Positions 12,445 to 24,794 of a stretch of DNA of 64,000 bases are shown here, one piece after another; positions within the stretch are counted from its first letter, which is position 1, and the number at the start of each line of letters is the position of its first letter. Under the pieces are notes generated by a model. The model was given only the letters and a program-made list of their open reading frames with translations. It was not told the origin of the DNA and made no database searches. A program made the translations under genes and the position numbers. The stretch comes from an uncultured Actinomycetes bacterium (GTDB lineage Bacteria > Actinomycetota > Acidimicrobiia > Acidimicrobiales > JACCXE01): contig CAVRKD010000004.1 of NCBI GenBank assembly GCA_963722185.1, positions 130,918-194,917 of the forward strand, given 5' to 3'.

Positions 12445-12494
12445 GAACTGGTCTCAGGAAACGGCCACATATGGCCGTTTCGTGAGACCAGTTC
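12445..12494. repeat. 50-nt near-perfect palindrome / hairpin
   Basis: GAACTGGTCTCA-G-GAAACGGCCA CATA TGGCCGTTTC-G-TGAGACCAGTTC. That is 12+10 bp of pairing with one G/G mismatch, 27 nt upstream of the wecA ATG. Confidence 0.9.
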
Positions 12495-12520
12495 GCTATG
12501 CGGTCCAGTAGAAACACCGC

Positions 12521-13693
12521 ATGAGTTCTGCCGCGCGGGCGTATCTGGCGATCCTCGCCGTCGCCGCGGCCGGCAGTTACGCACTCAACTGGGTGTGGTA
12601 CTGGTTCGCCAACCGGCGGGGGATCATCAAGGTGCCCGGCGCCCGCGACCGCGACATCCACACCACGCCGGTGGCCAACGCCAGCGGTATCGCCATGTTC
12701 GGGGCGTTCCTGGTTGCGATGTTCATCGCCTGGCGGCTGCCGTTTTTCTCCGGCGTGTTCCGCGACTCGTCAGAGCCGCTCGGCGTAGTGCTCGGCGCCT
12801 CGATCATCGTGGCGATCCAGTTCATCGACGACCTGCGCGACCTGTCGCCGCCGGCCAAGCTCGCCGGGGTCGTCCTCGGCGCCTCGGTCATGTACTTCTT
12901 CGGCCTGTCGATGTTCTACTTCCGGATCCCGTTCGCGGGCTTCGTGGTTCTGGCCGCCGACGTGGCGCCGTTGGTCACCGTGTTGTGGGTCGCCGGCATG
13001 ACGCAGGCGGTCAACCTCATCGACGGGCTCGACGGACTCGCCGCCGGCGTGGTGGCCATCGCTGCCGCGTCATTCACGATCTACGCGCAACGTCTCTCCG
13101 ACGGCGGCCTCCTAGCGCCCGAGAACATCGGCCCGCTCTTGGCAGTGATCGCCTGCGGCGTGTGTCTCGGTTACCTGCCCCACAACATCCACCGGCCTCC
13201 ACGAGTCTTCATGGCCGACAGTGGCGCCTATCTCCTTGGCGTGCTGATGGCGGCCTCGACGCTCACCGTCGGTGGTCGCATCGCCGACCAGTACAGCGGC
13301 CAGACGTACTTCTTCTACGCGCCGATCTTCATTCCGCTCTTCATCCTCGGCGTGCCGATCCTCGACGTCGCATGGTCGATCGTGCGGCGGACCTACCGGC
13401 GGACGGGCGCGGCCACCGCCGACGCCGAGCACATCCACCACCGCCTGATGCGACTCGGCCACGGCGAGCGCCGCGCCGTGTTCATCCTCTGGGCCTGGAC
13501 GGCACTGCTGTCGGCGTTCGTACTTATCCCTACCTTCGGATCCGGTGCCCGCGAGTTCGCCAATCGGGCCGTTCCGTTCGGCGTAGCCGGCCTCGGATTG
13601 GCGCTGTACACGCTCTTCCACCCCCGCGTCCGGGACAAGAGCCGCGCCGACCATCCGGCGACGCAGTGGCAGGAAAACACCCCCGCCAAGTAG
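12521..13693 (+). CDS. wecA: undecaprenyl-phosphate GlcNAc-1-phosphate transferase (MraY/WecA family)
   Basis: 390 aa, polytopic. NLIDGLDGLA and VFMADSGAY motifs. Conserved position upstream of the atp operon, as in mycobacterial rfe. Confidence 0.85.
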   Translation: MSSAARAYLAILAVAAAGSYALNWVWYWFANRRGIIKVPGARDRDIHTTPVANASGIAMFGAFLVAMFIAWRLPFFSGVFRDSSEPLGVVLGASIIVAIQFIDDLRDLSPPAKLAGVVLGASVMYFFGLSMFYFRIPFAGFVVLAADVAPLVTVLWVAGMTQAVNLIDGLDGLAAGVVAIAAASFTIYAQRLSDGGLLAPENIGPLLAVIACGVCLGYLPHNIHRPPRVFMADSGAYLLGVLMAASTLTVGGRIADQYSGQTYFFYAPIFIPLFILGVPILDVAWSIVRRTYRRTGAATADAEHIHHRLMRLGHGERRAVFILWAWTALLSAFVLIPTFGSGAREFANRAVPFGVAGLGLALYTLFHPRVRDKSRADHPATQWQENTPAK

Positions 13694-13736
13694 CTTTCCT
13701 CGCCGGTAATTTTTTCGGGTTTTTGTGAGGAAAAGT

Positions 13737-13765
13737 TTGCGCGCCCGCAAGCTTTGGCATACATT
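13737..13765 (+). promoter_or_regulatory. candidate sigma-70-type promoter for atp operon (TTGCGC-17nt-TACATT)
   Basis: Lies in the AT-rich 140-bp gap 13694-13833, which also carries repeated GA(G)GAAAAGTTT boxes. Assigned by eye only. Confidence 0.25.
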
Positions 13766-13833
13766 GAGAAAAGTTTCACAAGCTCAAAACTTGAGTTTGG
13801 GAAGCCAAAGTTCCAGTCGGCAAGGGGAAGCAG

Positions 13834-14139
13834 ATGCAGCGAGCTGAGCAGCGATCGGGGTTGGTGCGGCGCTTTGGCGCGCTGTTCACCATCGGTCCGC
13901 GCCAGAAGCGCTTCATCGAAGAACTCGATCGGGCCAACACCGGCGCCTTCGAGCTGGTCCTGACGCCGATGATCTTCGCCGGCATCGGCGTCTTCCTGGC
14001 GAGCAAGTTCGGCGGTGGCCTTCTGCTTCCGTTCGTGCTCGGCTTCGTCGCCCTCGGTGGCACGGTGTACCGCCTCGTCACCGACTACAAGCGCCGGATG
14101 CTCAAGGAGTCGGAAGGAAAACCATGGGCGAAGCAGTGA
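13834..14139 (+). CDS. small membrane protein preceding atp genes (AtpZ/AtpR-like)
   Basis: 101 aa with two hydrophobic helices. First ORF of the atp cluster, SD AAGGGGAAG. Confidence 0.5.
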   Translation: MQRAEQRSGLVRRFGALFTIGPRQKRFIEELDRANTGAFELVLTPMIFAGIGVFLASKFGGGLLLPFVLGFVALGGTVYRLVTDYKRRMLKESEGKPWAKQ

Positions 14140-14567
14140 GCCCCAAGGTGATGGGCGAAGTGAACCCGCAGGCCGAGATCGTGCTCGACATGGCCCGCCG
14201 CGGCCTTATGGTCAGCCCGGTCCTGGTCGCCATCGGCGCCATCGGATGGGGCGTCAACGGCGCCCTCTCGGTGCTGTTCGCCCTCGGTGTCGTGCTGATC
14301 AACTTCGCCGCGTCCGCCGCCGTCGTGCGCAAGTCGGGCACGCTCCCGGCCAACTTCATCATGATGTTCGTGCTGGGCGGCTTCGCCGTCCGCATGTTGT
14401 TCGTGCTCGGCGCCATCACCCTCGCCGGTCACTTCAGTTGGGTGAGCAAGGTGCCCCTCGGTCTCGCGATTGTCGTGACGCACCTCGGTCTGCTGACGTG
14501 GGAGACCCGTCACATTTCCGCCTCGCTTGCCTATCCAGGTCTCAAGCCGAAAAGAGGAGCCGCGTAG
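14124..14567 (+). CDS. atpI: ATP synthase protein I-like membrane protein
   Basis: 147 aa with four predicted TM helices. Directly abuts atpB. Confidence 0.55.
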   Translation: MGEAVSPKVMGEVNPQAEIVLDMARRGLMVSPVLVAIGAIGWGVNGALSVLFALGVVLINFAASAAVVRKSGTLPANFIMMFVLGGFAVRMLFVLGAITLAGHFSWVSKVPLGLAIVVTHLGLLTWETRHISASLAYPGLKPKRGAA

Positions 14568-15365
14568 ATGTTCGCGTTGGAAGTCCCGCCAGTAAGCCAC
14601 CTGTTCAACTGGCCCGCGATCTGGGGCGAGGGCGCGTGGGCGATCAACAAGGTCGTGCTGATCTTCATCGCCGCGACGATCCTGACCCTTGGGTTCTTCA
14701 TCGTCGCCAGCCGGAAGCGCTCGCTCGTTCCGACCGGCATTCAGAATGTCGCCGAGATCGCCGTCGACTTCGTCGAGAACGGGATCATCATGCAGACCAT
14801 GGGCCCGCAAGGCCTGTGGTTCACGCCGTTCTTGCTGACGACGTTCACGTTCATCCTCACGCTCAACCTGATCGGTCTGCTGCCGTTCGTGCAGATGCCG
14901 CCGAACTCGAAGATCGCGCTGCCGATGTTCATGGCGCTGGTCGTATGGCTGATCTACAACTTCATGGGGATCGCCAAGAACGGGATCGGCGGCTACTTCA
15001 AGCACATCATGTTCCCGCCGGGTGTGCCTTGGTACGTGCTGCCGCTCATGACGCCGATCAACCTGATCTCGGACCTGCTCGTGCGGCCCTTCGCCCTCAT
15101 GGTCCGACTCTTCGCCAACATGTTCGCCGGCCACTTGATCCTCGTGAGCTTCGGCGCTCTCGGCGTCGGGCTGTTCAACGCCTCGCCGCTCGGCAAGGCC
15201 GTCTCAATCCTCCCGGCCCTGCTGCTCGTCGCGCTTACCGGCTTCGAACTGCTGGTCGCCTTTTTGCAGGCCTACATCTTCACCATCCTCGCCGCGGTGT
15301 TCACCAGTCTCGCGATTGGCCACCCCGAGGGTCACGACGACCACGCAACAGCAGATCACCACTAA
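14568..15365 (+). CDS. atpB: ATP synthase F0 subunit a
   Basis: 265 aa. Essential Arg motif LMVRLFANMFAGH. Confidence 0.95.
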   Translation: MFALEVPPVSHLFNWPAIWGEGAWAINKVVLIFIAATILTLGFFIVASRKRSLVPTGIQNVAEIAVDFVENGIIMQTMGPQGLWFTPFLLTTFTFILTLNLIGLLPFVQMPPNSKIALPMFMALVVWLIYNFMGIAKNGIGGYFKHIMFPPGVPWYVLPLMTPINLISDLLVRPFALMVRLFANMFAGHLILVSFGALGVGLFNASPLGKAVSILPALLLVALTGFELLVAFLQAYIFTILAAVFTSLAIGHPEGHDDHATADHH

Positions 15366-15392
15366 CCAAACCACCACAGAAACAAGGAGTAA

Positions 15393-15674
<282 letters not shown>

Positions 15675-15684
15675 GGAGATCCAC

Positions 15685-16416
15685 ATGCGTATTCGTCATC
15701 TGCTCGCCGCATCCGGCGTAGCGATTGCGACGCTCGTGCTCCCGTCCTACGCCGCTTCGGCGCAGGAGGACCACGGCGCCGAACCAGCTGAGACAACCGG
15801 AGGGCCTGAGGTCGAGACCGCCGACCCCGAAGCCGCGGCCGAGCATGACTTCGCCAATCACGCGGCCGAAGAGTGCGCTCACATGCTCGAAGAGGGCAAG
15901 ACCGTCGACGACTGCCAGAAGTCGCCGAGCGTTCTCATGCCGGAGACCAACGAGGTCATCTGGGGCGGCGGCGCCTTCTTGGTCGTGCTCGCCGGTCTTA
16001 GCTACCTCGCCCTCCCGGCGCTCAAGAAGACCCTGAACGACCGCACGGAACGCATCCGTGAATCGATCGACGAGGCCGACAAGCTCAAGGCCGAAGCGGC
16101 GACCACGCTGACGCAGTACCAGGCGTCAGTGGCCGACGCGAAGGCAGAGGCGGCACGCATCGTCGACGAGGCTCGGCAGGACGCGGAGAAGGTGCGCGCC
16201 GATCTCATCGCCCGCGCCGAGGCCGAAGTCAACGAGCTCAAGGCCAAGGGTCGCGAAGACGTCGAAGCCGGCAAGGCCCGCGCCATTACCGAACTGCAGG
16301 CGCAGGTCGGCGACCTCACGATCGCTCTGGCGGAGAAGGTGGTCGAGCGCAGCCTCGACGACGCCACCAACCGTCAGCTGATCGACAACTACATCAACAA
16401 CCTCGGGAATAACTAA
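15685..16416 (+). CDS. atpF: ATP synthase F0 subunit b with ~85-aa N-terminal extension
   Basis: 243 aa. Strong SD AAGGAG 8 nt before ATG 15685. Canonical b region starts around LMPETNEVIWGGGAFLVVL and is followed by a long coiled coil. Confidence 0.85.
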   Translation: MRIRHLLAASGVAIATLVLPSYAASAQEDHGAEPAETTGGPEVETADPEAAAEHDFANHAAEECAHMLEEGKTVDDCQKSPSVLMPETNEVIWGGGAFLVVLAGLSYLALPALKKTLNDRTERIRESIDEADKLKAEAATTLTQYQASVADAKAEAARIVDEARQDAEKVRADLIARAEAEVNELKAKGREDVEAGKARAITELQAQVGDLTIALAEKVVERSLDDATNRQLIDNYINNLGNN

Positions 16417-16940
16417 TGAGCAAGCGAGCCGAAGGGTACGCAGCGGCGTTCTACGCCGTGGCTGAAGCGGAAGACGCCGTTGCGGCGATCGAGGACGAGC
16501 TGCACACGGTCGCGCGCACGCTCGAATCCAACGATCAGTTGCGCAACACGCTCACCGACCAGGCCATCCCCGCCGATCTCCGCCAGGGGATCGTCGAGGA
16601 CCTGCTCGGTTCGCGCGCTCACCCGGTCACGACGTCGCTGGTCAGCTTTGTGGTGGGAGCTGGCCGGGGTCGTGAACTCCCGGCGATCATCGACGCCTTC
16701 GTGGCCAAGGCTGCGGACTCCCGCGCCGAGGCCGTGGCCGAAGTTCGGTCGTCGGTCCCGCTCGACGACGATCAGAAGGCCCGCCTCGCCGCCGCACTCG
16801 GCAAGGAGACCGGCAAGAAGATCACCGTCAAGGTCACCGTCGATCCGACCGTCATGGGCGGCATCGTCGCCCAGATCGGCGACACGGTCATCGACGGCAG
16901 CGTTCGCCGCCGTCTCGAACAACTCAAGGAAAGCGTGTAG
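16416..16940 (+). CDS. atpH: ATP synthase F1 subunit delta (OSCP)
   Basis: 174 aa, OSCP-like. The ATG overlaps the atpF stop (TAATG). Confidence 0.85.
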   Translation: MSKRAEGYAAAFYAVAEAEDAVAAIEDELHTVARTLESNDQLRNTLTDQAIPADLRQGIVEDLLGSRAHPVTTSLVSFVVGAGRGRELPAIIDAFVAKAADSRAEAVAEVRSSVPLDDDQKARLAAALGKETGKKITVKVTVDPTVMGGIVAQIGDTVIDGSVRRRLEQLKESV

Positions 16941-16942
16941 CC

Positions 16943-18474
<1,532 letters not shown>

Positions 18475-18485
18475 GGAGTCCGCAC

Positions 18486-19417
<932 letters not shown>

Positions 19418-19447
19418 TCTTCTTCCACACCACTAGGAGCGATCGCA

Positions 19448-20894
<1,447 letters not shown>

Positions 20895-20907
20895 GCAGGT
20901 TCGAACG

Positions 20908-21301
20908 ATGTCGATGCAGGTCGAGGTCGTTTCGCCCGAGCGCATCCTGTTCTCCGGCGAGGCCGACATGGTCGTGGCGCGCTCCGAGGGTGGCGAGATC
21001 GCCTTCCTCACCGGGTCACGCCCCGTTCCTCGGCACGCTCGGCATCGGGATCGTCAAGATCAACCTCACCGGCGGCGGCATCGAACACATCGCGGTGCAC
21101 GGCGGCTTCGTCGAGGTGCGCGACAACCGCGTGATCATCCTGTCCGACGTCGCCGAGCTCGTCGATCACATCGACCTCGAGCGTGCCCGCAAGGCGAAGG
21201 AAGCGGCGGAGAGCGCGCAGCGGGACGGGAACGATCACGAGATCGACGCCGCGCTCCGACGCGCCGAAACGCGCATCGAGCTCGCCTCGCTCGGTAAGTA
21301 A
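20908..21301 (+). pseudogene. atpC: ATP synthase F1 subunit epsilon, one +1 frame break (21016)
   Basis: MSMQVEVVSPERILFSGEADMVVARSEGGEIAFLTG / HAPFLGTLGIGIVKINL... continues in the +1 frame to TAA 21299-21301. Confidence 0.9.
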
Positions 21302-21308
21302 CGCCGTG

Positions 21309-21337
21309 GCACGACACCGGCTTGGTGTCGTGCTTCT
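21309..21337 (+). terminator. hairpin after atpC (intrinsic-terminator-like)
   Basis: Perfect 10-bp stem GCACGACACC / GGTGTCGTGC, loop GGCTT, then TTCT. Overlaps the candidate start codons of the next gene. Confidence 0.55.
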
Positions 21338-22193
21338 GATCCCGCGCAACCTCGCACCGGAGATCGACGGGCTACGTCGCGCCACGGGCTTCTCGAAGAT
21401 CGAAAGCGTGCCGCCGCACATCACGCTGGTGCCGCCGATCAACGTGGCCGACGACGAGGTCGACGACGCGATCGCGTTGGCACGGCACGTCGCCGCCGCT
21501 GAGCAGCCGCTGCACGTCGTGCTCGGCCCCGTCGGCACCTTCAATCCGATCACCCCGGTTGTGTACCTGCGCGTGTCGGGCCCCGGCGTGGACGGCATCA
21601 AGCGACTGCGCGACGGGCTCGACTCCGGGCCGCTGGCGCAGGAGTTGTCGCATCCGTTCGTGCCGCACGTCACGTTGAGCGACGACGCCACCGATCGCGA
21701 GATCGAAGGCGCAATCGCGTCGCTGACGCACTTCGTCGAACACGTGGTGCTCGACGCGGTCACCGTGCTCGAGGAAGACGACGACAGGATCTGGCGTCCG
21801 ATCGCCGACGCGCCACTGACGGCGCAAACCACCACCCGCACCGTCGGTGCTAACCCGGTCACGATCACCGTCACGTCGCTGCCGACACAGGCCGGGTCGA
21901 TCATGGGCCGGTATCGATCTTTGTCGGTGGAGGCGTTCGTCGACGGGCGGGTTGTCGGTCTCGCCCGCGGGCATATCGCGCCGGGCGACCTCGCGTGGCT
22001 CGACGAGCTCGTCGTCATCCGGGAGACTCGGTCGACTGGTGTCGGCGGCATGCTCGCCCGTGCGTTCACCGACGCCGCCCGCGCGGCCAAGGCCACCGAG
22101 ATCCGAGCGGTCCGGGGGGCAACCGTGGCCGGATTCCTCGTCCGCCTCGGCTTCGCCGTCGACGCGGCTGATGAGTTCAGGCTCGAGCTGTAA
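21330..22193 (+). CDS. 2H phosphoesterase (LigT-like 2'-5' RNA ligase) fused to GNAT acetyltransferase domain
   Basis: Two HxT motifs (PPHITLVPP, VPHVTLSD). C-terminal GNAT motif A (IRETRSTGVGGMLARAF). Start is GTG 21330, or GTG 21306 as an alternative. Confidence 0.7.
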   Translation: MLLIPRNLAPEIDGLRRATGFSKIESVPPHITLVPPINVADDEVDDAIALARHVAAAEQPLHVVLGPVGTFNPITPVVYLRVSGPGVDGIKRLRDGLDSGPLAQELSHPFVPHVTLSDDATDREIEGAIASLTHFVEHVVLDAVTVLEEDDDRIWRPIADAPLTAQTTTRTVGANPVTITVTSLPTQAGSIMGRYRSLSVEAFVDGRVVGLARGHIAPGDLAWLDELVVIRETRSTGVGGMLARAFTDAARAAKATEIRAVRGATVAGFLVRLGFAVDAADEFRLEL

Positions 22194-22214
22194 CGCCCAA
22201 ACAAGCGGGGCGTT
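22192..22214 (+). terminator. weak hairpin after LigT-GNAT gene
   Basis: AACGCCC-9nt-GGGCGTT overlapping the stop codon (22191-22193). No U tract follows. Confidence 0.3.
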
Positions 22215-22232
22215 CCGCTCTACTCTGGCGAC

Positions 22233-22973
22233 TTGATGAGTCGAGCTCCAGCGGTCGCTCTGGCGGTGGTCGCCATCGTCGCCGGTGTCGCCGGCGCGCT
22301 CATCGGTACGCCGTGGAACGAGAACGGCGAACCCACGCTCACCGACACGCCGGCGAAGGCCGCCGCGGTCGACACGTCGCTTTCGATCGTCGCCACGGCG
22401 ATCGGACCGCGGGTCACCGTGTACGAAGCGCCCAACGGCAAAGTGCGCACCGCGCTGCCGAACCCCAACGAGAACGGCGCGCCGCTCACGTTCCTCCAGC
22501 GCGAGGAGCGCAACGGTTGGATCCGAGTGTTGCTGCCGGTCCGGCCCAACGGCGCCGAGGGTTGGGTCAACCGACAAGAAGTCCGTCTCACCAGCCACTA
22601 CTACAAGATCAAGGTCGAACTGGCGGCCCACCGGCTCGTCGTCACCGAGCGCGGCAAGAAGATTCTCGAGACACCCGTCGGCGTGGGCACCACCGACACG
22701 CCAACGCCGGGCGGCCTTTATTACACGAAGGAATTGCTCCAGCCGCCCGACCCCAATGGCGCCTACGGGCATTACACGTATGGACTGTCCGGGTTTTCCA
22801 ACGTGATCTTCGACTTCCAGGGCGTCGACGGCGTCATCGGCATCCACGGCACCAACGATCCGACCAGCATCGGCAAGGACGTCAGCCACGGCTGCCTACG
22901 CATCTCCAACGACGCCATCGGCATGCTCGCCAAGCGGCTTCCGCTCGGTGTGCCCGTCGAAATACTCGCCTAA
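22233..22973 (+). CDS. L,D-transpeptidase (YkuD domain)
   Basis: 246 aa with an N-terminal signal/anchor. Catalytic motif IHGTNDPTSIGKDVSHGCLRISN. Confidence 0.85.
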   Translation: MMSRAPAVALAVVAIVAGVAGALIGTPWNENGEPTLTDTPAKAAAVDTSLSIVATAIGPRVTVYEAPNGKVRTALPNPNENGAPLTFLQREERNGWIRVLLPVRPNGAEGWVNRQEVRLTSHYYKIKVELAAHRLVVTERGKKILETPVGVGTTDTPTPGGLYYTKELLQPPDPNGAYGHYTYGLSGFSNVIFDFQGVDGVIGIHGTNDPTSIGKDVSHGCLRISNDAIGMLAKRLPLGVPVEILA

Positions 22974-23106
22974 ATAGGTCGGAAGCCGGAGATACCGGAT
23001 ACCCGACTGGCTAGTCACTCTGGGTGGTCTATTGGCGACATTTCGTTGTCGTCGCACTAGCATTCCGCCGGTACTGGGGCTCGGGATCTCTCGGAGGGTG
23101 ACGCGG

Positions 23107-24639
23107 TTGAAGCGCAACAAGACATGGCTCGCATGGGCCTTAGCGGTAGGCCTCGTGGCGTATCTGCTGGGCGCAGCCACGGCGGGCCGCTCGACGATCG
23201 ATCCGGCTGACCAGGTCGTCAAAGCGATGGCGTCGGGCACCGCGCTCCATCTTGACGCCGTCCAAGCGGGCTTGACCGGGCCGCGCATCGCCGACGTCGA
23301 GGTTGCCTTCTCCTCGGCCAACGTCGACTCGAACGGCTTTCCGGCGGAGAGCCGCTTGACAGAAAACTCGGTGCTCGTCCAACCCGACCCGGCAGACCAC
23401 GAGCCCCCAACGCCGTTCGTCGACAAGAACGCGTCGGCCCGTGGCGCCGGGCTCGAACTCGGCTTGGGCGACGACGTACCGACCGCGGCGGGCAGCGTGA
23501 TCGCCGAAACCCGAGCGGGCGCGACCGCGCCTCCGGACTCCGAGGAGTCGCTCGACGAGGGCCCCGTTCCCGGTGGCCCCGTCGTCTACGCGTCGCTGCT
23601 TCATTCCGATGCCGCCGCCCGCTGGGTGCAATCCACCTGCCTGACCTCACCGCAGCTCCCGATCTCCTACGGGCGCGGTTACGCAGCTGACGTGCAACTA
23701 ATCGATGCCGGAGCCGGCAACGAAGACGACACCCTCGAGCAGCCCGTGGTCGCCACCGACGATCCGAACCCGCAGCGCAGCGTGTCGCAGACCAACTCCT
23801 TCGTGTACGCCGCGCCCAACGGTGTCGCCGGTCACTACGGCTTGGTCTCTGAGATTCACCAGACGTACGCGCCGGTCTCGATCGCACGCGGCCCGCTCAA
23901 CGCGATCGCCCCGCTGATCATCGAGGTGCTCGGCGAGTGGTACGTCCGCACCGAAGTCGACGGCATCGGCCCGGCCACCATGACCTACGGCGTTACCGAC
24001 AACGACCCGGCCAGCCCGACGTTTGGCCAACCGATCGGTGCCGGCGCGACCGTCATCCGGGTGTCGACCGACGGCGGCCTCACATATGAGGGCTTCAGCC
24101 TCCAGGATCTCGGTGAAGAAGGCGTCATCATCCCGGCGGCTCCGTTGGCGGAGATCGCCCTCGGCGAAAACCTCCGCGCCCTGTCGGCGCCGGGCGCACT
24201 CGCCGACCCCGAGTCGGCCCCTGTGCTGGCGGGTGACGGCACGCACGCCGCTGGTGCCGTCGATGTCGTCCGCATCGACGCCCTCGACGATCCCGTCAGT
24301 GGCATGTCACTGGCGGACCTTCGCATCGGCCATTTCGAGACCGATCTGACCGTTCCTGCGGGCGGCTTCACATGCGATCCTCCGGCGACGACCACCACGA
24401 CCACAACGACGACCCCGACGACGAGCACGTCTTCCACCACGACGACGTCGACTTCGACGACGACGTCGACTTCGACGACGCTCGCGCCGACGACCACGAC
24501 GACGGCGGCACCGACGACCACCACAACGGCAGGCGTCACGTCGACCACGGCGCCGCCGACAACAACCACAACCGCGGCCCCACCACCCCCGGCACCTCCA
24601 GCCACACCCCTACGGGTGCAGCCGAAGACCGTGGGCTAG
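23107..24639 (+). CDS. secreted/N-terminally anchored protein, paralog of 29936-31690, with Thr/Ser/Pro-rich C-terminal tail
   Basis: ORF is open from 23032. TTG 23107 follows SD GGAGGG (GTG 23098 is an alternative). TM segment WLAWALAVGLVAYLLGAATAG. Shares RW..TC, D.QL.DAGA, VSQT, EVLGEW, AVDVVR and TVPAGG.TC blocks with the downstream paralog. Confidence 0.7.
   Translation: MKRNKTWLAWALAVGLVAYLLGAATAGRSTIDPADQVVKAMASGTALHLDAVQAGLTGPRIADVEVAFSSANVDSNGFPAESRLTENSVLVQPDPADHEPPTPFVDKNASARGAGLELGLGDDVPTAAGSVIAETRAGATAPPDSEESLDEGPVPGGPVVYASLLHSDAAARWVQSTCLTSPQLPISYGRGYAADVQLIDAGAGNEDDTLEQPVVATDDPNPQRSVSQTNSFVYAAPNGVAGHYGLVSEIHQTYAPVSIARGPLNAIAPLIIEVLGEWYVRTEVDGIGPATMTYGVTDNDPASPTFGQPIGAGATVIRVSTDGGLTYEGFSLQDLGEEGVIIPAAPLAEIALGENLRALSAPGALADPESAPVLAGDGTHAAGAVDVVRIDALDDPVSGMSLADLRIGHFETDLTVPAGGFTCDPPATTTTTTTTTPTTSTSSTTTTSTSTTTSTSTTLAPTTTTTAAPTTTTTAGVTSTTAPPTTTTTAAPPPPAPPATPLRVQPKTVG
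24381..24612 (+). repeat. coding low-complexity Thr/Ser/Pro tract (includes 21-nt direct repeat ACGACGACGTCGACTTCGACG x2)
   Basis: Translates to ATTTTTTTTTPTTSTSSTTTTSTSTTTSTSTT...APPTTTTTAAPPPPAPP. Approximate limits. Confidence 0.8.
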
Positions 24640-24657
24640 CGAATCCCAGAACGTAAA

Positions 24658-24692
24658 GAGGCCCCCGGGCGAAAGCCGGGGGCCTCTTTTTT
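24658..24692. terminator. strong bidirectional intrinsic terminator
   Basis: GAGGCCCCCGG-GCGAAAG-CCGGGGGCCTC followed by TTTTTT and preceded by AAA. Lies between the convergent surface-protein gene and glpX. Confidence 0.85.
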
Positions 24693-24711
24693 ACGTTCGA
24701 GGCCCAATCCC

Positions 24712-24783
24712 GGTTTACTCGGCACGAGAAGCGTGCTCTCGAGCGTCCCGAGGCGGAATCACACCACTCTGGCGGCGAGTAAC
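24712..24783 (+). repeat. copy B of tripartite intergenic motif
   Basis: GGTTT-ACTCG-GCACGAGAAGCGTGC-21nt-ATCACAC-15nt-TAAC. Spacing identical to copy A. Confidence 0.85.
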
Positions 24784-24794
24784 GCCCGGCGGAG

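Noticed and set aside
13764-13794. TTGAG/CTCAA inverted elements in the atp upstream gap as an HspR HAIR box or another known operator
   Set aside because: The spacing and half-site sequence do not fit the HAIR consensus (CTTGAGT-N7-ACTCAAG) as I remember it. Only a generic AT-rich promoter region can be claimed.
24381-24612. Short direct repeats here and at 27622-27747 as a possible CRISPR array
   Set aside because: The repeats are contiguous, with no spacers. They lie inside ORFs and translate to Thr/Ser/Pro or Pro-rich low-complexity protein. There are no cas genes.
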